From Oscillatoria princeps RMCB-10 (GTDB lineage: Bacteria; Cyanobacteriota; Cyanobacteriia; Cyanobacteriales; Oscillatoriaceae), in assembly GCA_019359235.1 (NCBI GenBank), contig JAHHHT010000012.1, positions 195,648-240,019 on the forward strand: a DNA stretch of 44,372 nucleotides, read 5' to 3'. The translations under genes and the position numbers were made by a program. Shown one piece after another: positions 1-8,853 of this stretch. Every line of letters starts with the position of its first letter. The stretch's first letter is position 1. A model generated the notes under the pieces. It did not search any database. It saw nothing but the letters and a program-made list of their open reading frames with translations, and was not told the DNA's origin.

Positions 1-1008
1 CGGACATTTTCAATGGAGGCGTCGATAAAGTCTTCTTGGCGGAAAGTCACTCGCACCTGAACATCTTTGGGCAAGCCGGCTCTCACTTCTTCCATTGCCG
101 CCTCAATGGCGCGAGTGACGGCGGGAGTGTCCGCTTGGGGCTGTTTGTTGACCATCACCACAACGGCTTTTTTGCCATTCAAGCTGCCGTCGCCGCGCTT
201 GAGGGCAGCCCCGATTTGCACTTCGGCAACATCTCCCAATCTGACGGGCGTGCCGGTGCGAGAGGTGATGGCAGATTGCTTCAAGTCGTCAATGGATTCA
301 ATCCGCCCGACTCCCCGGATTAGCAGTTCTTGGTCTGGGTTGATGAGGAATCCGCCAGGAGCGTTGACGTTAGCCGCAGCGGCTGCTTCTGTAACGTCTT
401 GCAAGGAGACATCAAAGGCTTTCAGCTTGGCTGGGTCAACTAATACTTGATACTGGCGGATGTCGCCGCCATACGCGATTACTTGGGAGACGCCGGGGAC
501 AGCCAGCAGCCGGTTTGTGACTTGCCAGTCAACAATTCGCCGCACTTCCATGAGGGAAGTGGTTTCGGAGGTGAGCGCATATTGCAATACCGTGCCGATG
601 GGGGAGCTGATGGGGGAAATTTGCGGGGAATCTGCGCCTTCTGGCAGTTTTTCTTGCGCTTGCTGCAATCGCTCGGTGACCAGTTGGCGAGCTTGGTAGA
701 TGTCGGTTTGCCAGTTGAAGATGACTCTCACAACAGAAAGACCGACGGCTGAGGCGGAGCGCACTGTTGTGACGCCGGGAGTGCCATTAATGGCGCTTTC
801 AATGGGTAAGGTGACGAGGGATTCGACTTCTTCTGGCGCTAAGCCGGCGGCTTCTGTTTGGATTTCCACTTGCGGTGGGGCAAAGCTGGGGAAGACATCC
901 ACCGGCATTTGCGAGGCGACGCGAAATATCCAAAGGGTGATCAGGATGCCGGCGAGGATAACTAGCCAGCGTTGCGCAATTGACCATTTGATGATAGCAC
1001 TGAGCATT
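1..1008 (-). CDS. Heavy-metal efflux RND transporter, CzcA/CusA/NrsA family. Only the N-terminal ~336 aa are present; the gene runs off the 5' edge of the window.
   Basis: Reverse-complement translation begins with ATG at 1008..1006 and reads MLSAIIKWSIAQRWLVILAGILITLWIFRVASQMPVDVFPSFAPPQVEIQTEAAGLAPEEVESLV..., the characteristic HME-RND N-terminus (TM1 followed by a large periplasmic loop). It is not in the ORF track because it has no stop codon inside the window. The plus-strand ORFs listed between 36 and 1074 are antisense artefacts of this gene. Confidence 0.75.
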
Positions 1009-1056
1009 GGGCCGGTGTCCAGTCGTGATAACTCCCTCGTCAATTGTTGGCAGGGG

Positions 1057-1077
1057 AAAATGAAATCAGGATGAAAT
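1057..1077. promoter_or_regulatory. Direct-repeat motif AAAATGAAATCAGGATGAAAT, containing two ATGAAAT units 11 bp apart, ~50-70 bp upstream of the czcA-like start.
   Basis: An identical 21-mer recurs at 4443..4463, at the same distance upstream of the czcB-like adaptor gene. Confidence 0.45.
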
Positions 1078-1261
1078 GCGCTCGACTTGTTCCGGAAGTT
1101 CCCTCAGACTGCTCTCCGTGGGTGGCCTGTGCCCCTACCATAAAAGGGGCGCTACCCTCTTCCCCCCACTTTGTAATGTCCGGCCCTGTCAAGCCGCGCC
1201 CCGCTCTCCCTGCTGTTCTTCAAGGCTCTCATCTGCCAGTCAATCACCAATCAACTTTGTT

Positions 1262-1741
1262 ATGACTCCAGATATCATCTCTGAAAATCACATCCAGACG
1301 TTAAACTTTATTATATCAACTCTCCACCGGCACAAGATTAAGTATCAAGTGACCGGCGGATTAGCCGGCAATCTCTACGGCTCGGCATGGCCCCTGCACG
1401 ATATCGACCTTGAGGTGGCCCAAAAAGACATGGAGCGAGTGGCGTCTCTGTTTAGAGACTGTACGATTCGCCCTCTGGCAAGGTTTGTCGATGAAGAGTT
1501 TGATTTGATGCTTTTGACCCTGCGCGTCGGTGAGGTTGAGGTTGACATCAATCAAGCTGAGGATGCCTTTGTCTTCACCAAAGAGGGGATCAGGATTCAA
1601 CTGGATACAGATTTATCTAGAGCTAAGGAAATCAGCTTCCTGGGATTAACTCTGTACGTTCAGCCGTTAGAGGAGCTGATTAAATATAAAGACTTGCTGG
1701 GCAGGAAGGAGGATGTCCTCGACCTGAGCCGGTTGAGATAA
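1262..1741 (+). CDS. Nucleotidyltransferase-fold protein of ~159 aa, Lnu/ANT(2'')-like.
   Basis: From ATG 1262 the product reads MTPDIISENHIQTLNFIISTLHRHKIKYQVTGGLAGNLYGSAWPLHDIDLEV... The GG...G...hDIDh motif and the length resemble lincosamide/aminoglycoside nucleotidyltransferases. The listed ORF 1076..1741 is probably an over-extension. Confidence 0.45.
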   Translation: MTPDIISENHIQTLNFIISTLHRHKIKYQVTGGLAGNLYGSAWPLHDIDLEVAQKDMERVASLFRDCTIRPLARFVDEEFDLMLLTLRVGEVEVDINQAEDAFVFTKEGIRIQLDTDLSRAKEISFLGLTLYVQPLEELIKYKDLLGRKEDVLDLSRLR

Positions 1742-1894
1742 AGGAAGCTCACCTAAACCTAACAGATGCCCTCTCTTTTAGAGGGCAGCCCTAAACTGTT
1801 AAACATAAATATCCCCTCACCACCTTTGTTTGACGAACAGCTATTCTTAGACTTGTAGGACTGCCCAATAGAGTGCAGCCATCAGAAGTGATTT

Positions 1895-2167
1895 TCACTC
1901 TATCACCCTGAGCGCTCCTTTGCGGAGATCTGCGTAAATTCGGTTAACCAACTTCTGTTCTTCTTCCCCGAGTGAACTGCTAGACAGCAGCGATATTATC
2001 AAGCGCTGATCTTTGGGGGTAATTCGGCGAGTGTCGAAAATTCGCTTAGCAACCTGAGCAATAGTCAGTTGGCAGAAAGGGGCTTGGCTATCCATATAAT
2101 TACGGAAGATATCAACGTATATACTAATTATAGTCCGTAATTTATCGGTTGACAGCAGTGATTTCAA
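1895..2167 (-). CDS. Hypothetical small protein (90 aa).
   Basis: The ORF is intact, with no recognisable domain. It lies between the czc-like genes. Confidence 0.25.
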   Translation of the reverse strand: MKSLLSTDKLRTIISIYVDIFRNYMDSQAPFCQLTIAQVAKRIFDTRRITPKDQRLIISLLSSSSLGEEEQKLVNRIYADLRKGALRVIE

Positions 2168-2237
2168 GCTTTACGGCGATGTGATAATTCCAGTCTGAGT
2201 CAGTGATGCAAGTCACGGGGATGGGACAGTATATCCG

Positions 2238-2260
2238 TAGGGCAGGCGTCTCGCCTGCCC
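2238..2260. repeat. Family-B hairpin (gtagggcaggcgtctcgcctgccc), followed by a second palindrome gtaggtgggtcgctctaggagcaacccaccctac up to about 2315.
   Basis: A perfect inverted repeat. Related copies are at 9717, 19428, 19467, 22998, 23106 and 25429. Confidence 0.6.
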
Positions 2261-2323
2261 TCAATGTCTAATGCTAGAGTAGGTGGGTCGCTCTAGGAGC
2301 AACCCACCCTACAAACTCAGCAG

Positions 2324-4393
2324 TTAGTCTTTACCGGCAACTGATGAGTGATGGTGATTTTTCTCAGCCAGCACCGGCAACTCACAAAACTCGCCAATGT
2401 AAGATGCCGGCAATTGACGCTTGCCATTGCCGGTTTCAGAAACTGAGTGCAGAGACGCCAGATGTACCGTCTCAACGGCTGCCGGCTTGCTGCGCCGGCC
2501 CGCCCAAAAAGCGCCGGCTGCGATCGCCCCCCCGGCAGGTATCGCCCACCACCAAGGCAAGGATGAAGGATTGAGGGTAAAAGCTGAAAAATTCTCCTTT
2601 GCTCCCTTGCTCGCCTGCTCCTTTGCTCCCTTGCTCGCCTGCTCCCCTGCTTTCTTGCTGCCACCGCGCAACGATTGCGCGTACAGCTGAATTGCGCCTT
2701 GGGTGACGATGCTATCTCCCTCAAATAAACCGTTTTTCACCTCAACTGTATCACCGGCAGTTTGACCTAAAGTGACTTCCACCGGCTCGAAATTCTGACC
2801 GTTTTGCGCGTAAACCAGCGCCTTGCCATTCGCCTCCACCACCGCAGCGGCGGGAATCGCCACAACAGCAGCCGGTGTTTTGTCGGTTATCACTTCCAAT
2901 TCCGCAAACATCCCCGGTTTTAACTGTCCGCTGGCATTCTCCAATTCCGCTCTCACCGGCACCACCCGCGTTTCCCCATCCACCACAGAACCAATCACCG
3001 CAATTCGTCCCGTGAAAGTGCGCTCCGGCAAACTCGCCACCCTCACGCGCACCTGCTGACCAATCTCTACCTTACTCAAGTCTTTTTCATATATATTTGC
3101 CGTCGCCCAAACGCGACTGTCATCCAAAATCGTCATCAAAGGTTTGCCGGCGGCATCAACCGATTCCCCGGGAGTAATATCTCTGTGCGCAACCCTGCCG
3201 GCAATCGGCGCTGTGACCGTAACAGTGCCATCCTCACTAGCCGCCGTTCCCAGCTGTTTCAGGCGAGTTCGGTAAGCCGTGTCGCTCAGCTGCAAGCGGG
3301 ATAAAGCCACCTCCACCGCAGCAGTCGCCCGTTTGACTTCTGCCTCAGCTTCCAGAACGTCCCGGCGCTGGTTTGCCTTAGTTAATTGCGCTTGCGCTTC
3401 AGCCAATTTTGCTTGCGATTCCCGCAACTCCCGCACCGGCAACTCCACCTCAGCCCGCTTGACTTCGGTTTCCGCTTGCAAAACATCCGGACGGCTTTTT
3501 GCCCTAGCCAGTTGGGCTTGACCTTCTGCCAAATGCGCTTGCGACTCCAGCATCTGCCGGCGCGGAATCGCTCCTGATTCCGCCAGTTCTTTATCCCGCT
3601 CGTACTGCTCCCGCGCCACTGCCAATTCAGTTTCGGCTCGCGCTATTTCCGCTTCGGCTATCTCAACATGACGCTGGTAGTTTTCTTTTGCCACCGCCAA
3701 AACTGCTCTCTCATCCACCAGAGCTTTATCTCTCTCGTACTGCGCCCGAAACGCAGCCAGTTGGGTTTGGGCTTGTTCTATCTCCGCAGAGGCTATTTTT
3801 CCCTGACGCTCCAAGTTTTCTTTAGCGAGTTTCAAGTTCGCCTCGGCTTCCTTCAGATCCGCCTCCGCCTCGGCGCGTTTCGCCAGAGATTCGACGCGCA
3901 AATTCACCAAATCAGAACTTGACAAAATTGCCACAGTCTGATTTTTTTTCACCGCATCACCCGGCTCTACCAGCAGCCGCACCAGCTTGCCGGCAACTGG
4001 CGCTGTCACCTCCACTTTTTGGCTGGGCAGAGTTTCAATCTCGCCGGTAGTTTTAATGCCAACATCCAGCTGCTGCTTGGTCACGGGTTTAACCTCAATC
4101 CCCATCCGTTTTGCGGTTTGGGCGTCCACCGCAATCCCTTCCGGGGTGGTGGCTTCCGAGCTGCTGTGGAACTCGTCCCCGTGACCGGCGTGGGCTTTCA
4201 CAGCTGCCGGTGCGACAGAAGTCAGAAGTAAAACGCTAAAAGTAAAAACAAAGACTTCTTTTATCTGGGCGCTGAGCCGGCTCTGCCTCCCAACTCTCGC
4301 TTTCGGGCGGTAGGGGCGAGCCTTGCGCCCGCCCGGAGCGGGGCTGACCATTTCTGTTTGTGCCTTGTTTTGGGAGAGAGTCTGCAACCGCAT
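2324..4393 (-). CDS. RND efflux periplasmic adaptor (HlyD/CzcB/CusB family) with a His-rich N-terminus and a long coiled coil.
   Basis: The protein is 689 aa. It has a TM segment VFVFTFSVLLLTSVAPAAV, then HAGHGDEFH, a lipoyl/beta-barrel segment, an extended coiled coil, and a C-terminal barrel ending in SKGAKEQASKGAKE repeats. Confidence 0.85.
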   Translation of the reverse strand: MRLQTLSQNKAQTEMVSPAPGGRKARPYRPKARVGRQSRLSAQIKEVFVFTFSVLLLTSVAPAAVKAHAGHGDEFHSSSEATTPEGIAVDAQTAKRMGIEVKPVTKQQLDVGIKTTGEIETLPSQKVEVTAPVAGKLVRLLVEPGDAVKKNQTVAILSSSDLVNLRVESLAKRAEAEADLKEAEANLKLAKENLERQGKIASAEIEQAQTQLAAFRAQYERDKALVDERAVLAVAKENYQRHVEIAEAEIARAETELAVAREQYERDKELAESGAIPRRQMLESQAHLAEGQAQLARAKSRPDVLQAETEVKRAEVELPVRELRESQAKLAEAQAQLTKANQRRDVLEAEAEVKRATAAVEVALSRLQLSDTAYRTRLKQLGTAASEDGTVTVTAPIAGRVAHRDITPGESVDAAGKPLMTILDDSRVWATANIYEKDLSKVEIGQQVRVRVASLPERTFTGRIAVIGSVVDGETRVVPVRAELENASGQLKPGMFAELEVITDKTPAAVVAIPAAAVVEANGKALVYAQNGQNFEPVEVTLGQTAGDTVEVKNGLFEGDSIVTQGAIQLYAQSLRGGSKKAGEQASKGAKEQASKGAKENFSAFTLNPSSLPWWWAIPAGGAIAAGAFWAGRRSKPAAVETVHLASLHSVSETGNGKRQLPASYIGEFCELPVLAEKNHHHSSVAGKD

Positions 4394-4442
4394 AACCAGA
4401 AGCCTCTTGTGGGAGATAGGACATACTGTAGAGTTACATAAG

Positions 4443-4463
4443 AAAATGAAATCAGGATGAAAT
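4443..4463. promoter_or_regulatory. Second copy of the AAAATGAAATCAGGATGAAAT direct-repeat motif, 50-70 bp upstream of the adaptor start at 4393.
   Basis: A 21/21 match to the copy at 1057..1077, at identical spacing to its start codon. Confidence 0.45.
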
Positions 4464-4528
4464 CCCTCAACTGTATTTCTGGGTATCCCAAATAGTATGA
4501 TGCTGAATAAAGAATCAGGAGGCGCAGA

Positions 4529-6046
4529 ATGTCAACAATGTCAGCGGAATCACAACCCCCTAAAGTAGTCGTCGTCGGTGCCGGTTGGGCCGGCTTGGGG
4601 GCGACCCATCACCTAGCCAAACAAGGCTACGACGTGACGCTGCTGGAAGCGGGTTCCTATCCGGGGGGCTTGGTTGCAGGCTGGAAAACTGCCGGCGGGC
4701 GTTCCGTAGAAGCAGGCATTCATGGCTTCTGGTATCCCTACCGGAATATCTTCTCGCTCGTGCGAGAATTGGGACTCAATCCTTTCACCCCTTGGACTCG
4801 TTCCGCGCAGTATTCACCGGCAGGGTTGGAAGTTGAATCGCCCATTTTCCAAGAAGAACCGCGACTCCCCACCCCGCTGGGGACTTTTCTCTACCCCCAA
4901 TTCAAGCGTTTGCCTTTGATTGACCGGCTTTCTGCTTTGCCCCTGCTTCACACACTCGCTGATTTTGACAATTCCGATGAAGCTTGGCGGCGGTACGACT
5001 CCGTTACCGCACGAGAACTTTTCAAACAGTTTGGCGTCTCGGCGCGACTGTACCGCGATTCCTTCGAGCCAATGCTGCTGGTGGGACTGTTTGCGCCGGG
5101 AGAGCAGTGTTCGGCAGCGGCAGCTTTGGGAATGCTTTACTATTTTATTTTAGCGCACCAGCCGGATTTTGATGTAGTTTGGTGCCGGGGAACGGTGGGA
5201 GAGAAGATATTTCGCCCGTGGTGTTCCGCTATCGAAAAAGCCGGTGGGCGCACGCTCACCCAGCGGCGAGTCAGCGATATCAGGACTGACAGTGCCGGTA
5301 AGGTGACAGGTGTTGTTTGCGGCGATGAAGTGTTTGAGGCGGATGCGGTTATCTTTGCAGTTGGGATAACCGGCATGAAAAAGATTGTCGCCAGTAGCCG
5401 CACTCTGCAAAGCCGCAAGGAATTCCAGAACATTATGAATCTGGGGGCGGTTGACGTGCTAGCAACTCGGCTGTGGTTTGACCGCAAAATTTCCATTCCC
5501 CGCGCTTCTAATGCTTGCTTCGGGTTCGACGCGACAACCGGCTGGACGTTTTTTGACCTCAACGCGCTGCACGACGAGTTCCGCGACGCACCGGGAACGG
5601 TTGTGGAAGCGGATTTTTACCACGCCAACCAGCTTATTCCATTGAGCGATGAGGAAATTGTCCGGAAAGTACAGGGGGATTTAGCGACCTGTGTGCCGGC
5701 TTTTGGGGGAGCGAAGGTTATCGACAGCAGTGCGATTCGTTTGCGGCAAGCTGTCACGCACTTTTTTCCGGGTAGCTACCAGTATATGCTGCCTGCTGTG
5801 ACAAGTTTTGAGAATGTGCTGGTGAGCGGGGATTGGATTGTCAGCCGGCACGGTTCGTGGTCGCAGGAAAAGGCGTATGTGACGGGTTTGGAGGCGGCGA
5901 ATTTGGTGGTTGAGCGTTTCGGGCGCGGGAGTAAGGCGGAGATTGTGCCGGTGGAGCCTGATGAGCCGCACATACAAGTTGCGCGGACTGTGAACAAGAC
6001 AGTGCGGGAATTGGGGAAAGCTTTCTTGCCGGATTTTTGGCTATAG
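4529..6046 (+). CDS. FAD-dependent oxidoreductase of the amine-oxidase / carotenoid-desaturase-like family.
   Basis: N-terminal Rossmann motif VVVVGAGWAGLGATHHLAKQGYDVTLLEA, then GIHGFWYPYRNIFSLVRELGL. At 505 aa its length is typical of the PDS/ZDS/HpnE-like family. Confidence 0.65.
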   Translation: MSTMSAESQPPKVVVVGAGWAGLGATHHLAKQGYDVTLLEAGSYPGGLVAGWKTAGGRSVEAGIHGFWYPYRNIFSLVRELGLNPFTPWTRSAQYSPAGLEVESPIFQEEPRLPTPLGTFLYPQFKRLPLIDRLSALPLLHTLADFDNSDEAWRRYDSVTARELFKQFGVSARLYRDSFEPMLLVGLFAPGEQCSAAAALGMLYYFILAHQPDFDVVWCRGTVGEKIFRPWCSAIEKAGGRTLTQRRVSDIRTDSAGKVTGVVCGDEVFEADAVIFAVGITGMKKIVASSRTLQSRKEFQNIMNLGAVDVLATRLWFDRKISIPRASNACFGFDATTGWTFFDLNALHDEFRDAPGTVVEADFYHANQLIPLSDEEIVRKVQGDLATCVPAFGGAKVIDSSAIRLRQAVTHFFPGSYQYMLPAVTSFENVLVSGDWIVSRHGSWSQEKAYVTGLEAANLVVERFGRGSKAEIVPVEPDEPHIQVARTVNKTVRELGKAFLPDFWL

Positions 6047-6072
6047 TGCGTCTAAATCATTCGTGTAAATTT

Positions 6073-6129
6073 CAGACCCCCGGAAGAGGGCGGGCACGGG
6101 GGCCCGCCCCTACGAAACCGGGGGTCTGG
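6073..6129. repeat. Family-E nested GC-rich hairpin (cagacccccgg...gggcgggcacgggggcccgcccctacgaaaccgggggtctg).
   Basis: Has inner and outer inverted repeats. Related copies are at 24858..24889 and 37066..37099. Confidence 0.6.
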
Positions 6130-6297
6130 GCCAAGAGCGGTTGCGCCAATCATTTAGAACTGCTATATTATAGAAATAATCCCTAGGAAGTGCGGTTGCC
6201 GGTTGAGCCTCGAAGGGGCGAGCTATCAACCAGTAGATGCGCGACGTTGGGGAAAGTTTTAAACCGGCTTTTTGGCTGTATTAACAGGAGTCCCGAC

Positions 6298-6501
6298 ATG
6301 CAGTTTGAACTGTACCAGAGTGTAGCCTTGCGCCGTGACTTGCCACAATCTAACCTGAAAAAGGGGGATGTGGTGACGGTGGTTGACTTCGTTCCTTACC
6401 CGCTCGAAGGTTGTGAGGAGTGCTACATCCTGGAAAGATTTAACGCTGCAGGAGATAGGGAGCTAGTGGCTGTCTCCGGTTCGGATTTGGCAGCGGTGTG
6501 A
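6298..6501 (+). CDS. DUF4926-like small protein (67 aa).
   Basis: Reads MQFELYQSVALRRDLPQSNLKKGDVVTVVDFVPYPLEGCEECYILERF.... An AGGAG Shine-Dalgarno lies 8 bp upstream. The same fold recurs in the N-terminus of the 25026..25409 product. Confidence 0.5.
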   Translation: MQFELYQSVALRRDLPQSNLKKGDVVTVVDFVPYPLEGCEECYILERFNAAGDRELVAVSGSDLAAV

Positions 6502-6518
6502 GCCAGCCGGTGAAATAA

Positions 6519-6606
6519 ACTACAAACTTTTGGGCTAAAGCCCAAATACAAACTTTTGGGCTAAAGCCCAAATACAAACTTTTGGGCTAAAGCCCAACTA
6601 CAAACG
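6519..6606. repeat. Family-G tandem repeat: three copies of a ~27-bp unit, tacaaacttttgggctaaagcccaaa.
   Basis: Tandem copies containing the near-palindrome ttgggctaaagcccaa. Reverse-complement copies are at 13036..13188 (x6) and 38113..38136 (x1). Confidence 0.8.
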
Positions 6607-6798
6607 GGATGGGCGCTCCCTCCCTGTGAGCGCCCACCTTCTCAAGGAACCCCACGGCAAGTTAAAATCAGTGTCGCGCCCGTCGTGGTGTCCCTAAACT
6701 ATTGCTGTTCCGGCACTATTTTCCAAATTTAGTGCCGGCATTTCTCGCCTTCTGGGGCTGGTGTGTGGTAGAATAGCCACATCACCAGAGGTGAAACC

Positions 6799-6999
6799 AT
6801 GCGGCAAGTGCTTATCTATACTGATGAAGATGGCAACTGGGTGGCCGAATGTCCCAGCCTACCGGGTTGCGTCAGCCAAGGACAGACCAAAGAAGAAGCC
6901 ATTATTAATATCAAAGAGGCGATTAATTTATATATCTCCGCATTAGAAGAGGACGGTCTGCCCGTTCCCGAAGAACGTTTTGATGCCCTCTTGGTTTGA
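6799..6999 (+). CDS. hicB: HicB-like antitoxin (UPF0150 family).
   Basis: Reads MRQVLIYTDEDGNWVAECPSLPGCVSQGQTKEEAIINIKEAINLYISALEEDGLP. It overlaps the downstream HicA gene by 20 nt. Confidence 0.65.
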   Translation: MRQVLIYTDEDGNWVAECPSLPGCVSQGQTKEEAIINIKEAINLYISALEEDGLPVPEERFDALLV

Positions 7000-7219
7000 G
7001 AGCAAATTACCTAGAATTTCGGGCCGAGAGTGCGTCAAGGCTCTATCAAAGATTGGTTTCTATGTCAAGCGACAGGAAGCCAGCCATATTGTTTTGCGTC
7101 GGGATGAGCCATTTTCTCAGTTCGTCGTGCCCGACCATCAGGAACTTCACAAAGGCACACTCCGCGCTATCATTCGCGACGCTGACCTCAGTGTCGATGA
7201 GTTTATCCAGCTGCTGTGA
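6980..7219 (+). CDS. hicA: HicA-family toxin (YcfA-like mRNA interferase).
   Basis: Reads ...ECVKALSKIGFYVKRQEASHIVLRRDEP...VVPDHQELHKGTLRAIIRDADLSVDEF, carrying the conserved S-H-hydrophobic motif. Confidence 0.65.
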   Translation: MMPSWFESKLPRISGRECVKALSKIGFYVKRQEASHIVLRRDEPFSQFVVPDHQELHKGTLRAIIRDADLSVDEFIQLL

Positions 7220-7368
7220 GGGGGGATGGGTTGGCAATCTGAATGAAGGACGCTTAATCGAAACCCCAAGCTCTTAAGATGCGTTGGGCTGGGCCGAACG
7301 ACCCTATTTACTGCCGTGACACTTCAGAGCTATCCTGAAAAATGGGTTTCTCTAGATATTTCCCTGAA

Positions 7369-7710
7369 ATGGCAGTCTATCAAGTCCGGCTGGTGAATCC
7401 AGCGCTCAAACTCGACCGCACCATCGCAGTACCAGACGACCAGTACATCCTCGATATCGCTGAAGACGCCGGCATCCGATTGCCGGCTGGCTGCAAACAA
7501 GGCGACTGCTCCGCCTGTGTCGCCAAACTGGTAAGCGGTGAGGTCGATCAGAGCGAGCAAAAATTTCTCCGCCCCTCAGAAATAGCCGCTGGGTACATCG
7601 TGACCTGTGTGACTTATCCCCTCTCTGATTGCACACTGGAAACCCACCAAGAACAAGTCCTCTATCAATCCTCTCTTTACTTTAAGCCTGAAGCCGCCCC
7701 ATCTGAGTGA
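7369..7710 (+). CDS. Plant-type [2Fe-2S] ferredoxin.
   Basis: Reads MAVYQVRLVNP...IRLPAGCKQGDCSACVAKLVSGEVDQSEQ...YIVTCVTYP. The C-x4-C-x2-C ... C spacing is the plant-type ferredoxin signature. The listed ORF start at 7342 is probably too far upstream. Confidence 0.8.
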   Translation: MAVYQVRLVNPALKLDRTIAVPDDQYILDIAEDAGIRLPAGCKQGDCSACVAKLVSGEVDQSEQKFLRPSEIAAGYIVTCVTYPLSDCTLETHQEQVLYQSSLYFKPEAAPSE

Positions 7711-7780
7711 TTCTCTCTAGTCGGGGATATAATTTAACGTAAAATCGCATCAAGACACAGCCAAGAAACAGCCAAAGACC

Positions 7781-7813
7781 AGAAACCAGATTTCTTTAAG
7801 AAACCTGGTTTCT
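7781..7813. repeat. Family-D palindrome (agaaaccagatttctttaagaaacctggtttct), with degenerate half-sites (tttcttgac) continuing to ~7865.
   Basis: Inverted repeat. Near-identical copies are at 9744, 17211, 30622, 30670 and 33061. Confidence 0.6.
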
Positions 7814-7960
7814 TGACTTACCCGCCTAGGGACTCCCCCGTTTCTTGACTTCCCTATTTCTTGAGTCCCTACTGCAAACTGCCTCACAGCAGGCGACTTC
7901 CGGCAAATGCACGCTATACTCTTCCATTAAATTAAATCCCCCAGCACGGTCGAGATAGAT

Positions 7961-8653
7961 ATGTCCAAACTGCCGGCATTCCACGATGAAAAGCTCCTGC
8001 GCCGCGCACTCACCCACAGCTCCTATGTCGAAGAACACCCGGAAGCGCGAGAAAACAACGAGCGCCTAGAATTCCTCGGCGACGCCGTGCTAAATTTTCT
8101 CTCTGGCGAGTTTCTCTATAACCGCTACCCCAACATGAGCGAAGGCGAACTGACTCGCCGGCGTTCCGCGCTGGTGGAGGAAAAGCAGCTCGCCAAATTC
8201 GCAACCGACTTGGGAATCGGCAAACTGATGCGCTTGGGCAGAGGCGCAGCAGCAAAAGATAAAGGCCGGCACAACCCCTCCTTACTCAGCGACGCCTTTG
8301 AAGCCATCATCGGCGCGTACTTTCTCGACTCCGGAATTGATGCCGTCCGCGCCTTTGTCGAACCCCTGTTTATCTCCGTTGCTGACAGCATCCCCTCTTC
8401 AAAACCCAGTGCAGATCCCAAAAGTTTGTTTCAGCAGTGGGCGCAGGCTCACACCGGCAAAACCCCTCAATACCTGATCGTCGAGCAATCTGGCCCAGAA
8501 CACGCCAGAAAATTCACCGCCGAAGTCCGCGTTGCCGGCAAATCCTACGGTAGAGGCACCGAACGCAGCAAGCTAGCCGCCGAAAAACTCGCCGCCGAAG
8601 CCGCGCTCAAAAAAGTCCGGCAACCCACTGACCGGCCCACTTTACGCCCCTGA
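7961..8653 (+). CDS. rnc: Ribonuclease III.
   Basis: Carries the RNase III signature ERLEFLGDAVLNFLSGEFLY, a catalytic EAIIGAYFLD segment and a C-terminal dsRBD. Confidence 0.9.
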   Translation: MSKLPAFHDEKLLRRALTHSSYVEEHPEARENNERLEFLGDAVLNFLSGEFLYNRYPNMSEGELTRRRSALVEEKQLAKFATDLGIGKLMRLGRGAAAKDKGRHNPSLLSDAFEAIIGAYFLDSGIDAVRAFVEPLFISVADSIPSSKPSADPKSLFQQWAQAHTGKTPQYLIVEQSGPEHARKFTAEVRVAGKSYGRGTERSKLAAEKLAAEAALKKVRQPTDRPTLRP

Positions 8654-8773
8654 CTCCTGTCAAAACTTCTCGTGATAAAATCCCTTTAAAATACTGAAAC
8701 GTCACCCCCCACACCCCCACACTACCGCCTACCGTTTATACACATCTTAGGCACGGGCGACAGCGTGTAACTC

Positions 8774-8808
8774 GTAGGGTGCGTTCCCTAAGAGGGAACG
8801 CACCCTAC
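8774..8808. repeat. Family-A hairpin (gtagggtgcgttccctaagagggaacgcaccctac).
   Basis: A perfect 15-bp stem. Copies are at 9309..9343 and 25466..25500. Confidence 0.7.
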
Positions 8809-8853
8809 CCCCTGAAAAACCACCCCCACAAACCCCCCACACTCTCCCAGAAA

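Noticed and set aside
36-1074. Five overlapping plus-strand ORFs (95-127 aa) at the start of the window.
   Set aside because: They are antisense reading frames of the minus-strand CzcA/CusA-like gene. That gene's translation is coherent and strongly family-like, and the plus-strand products have no features.
2317-2724. 135-aa minus-strand ORF overlapping the 3' end of the adaptor gene.
   Set aside because: Alternate frame of the adaptor C-terminus and the family-B hairpin region, with no independent support.
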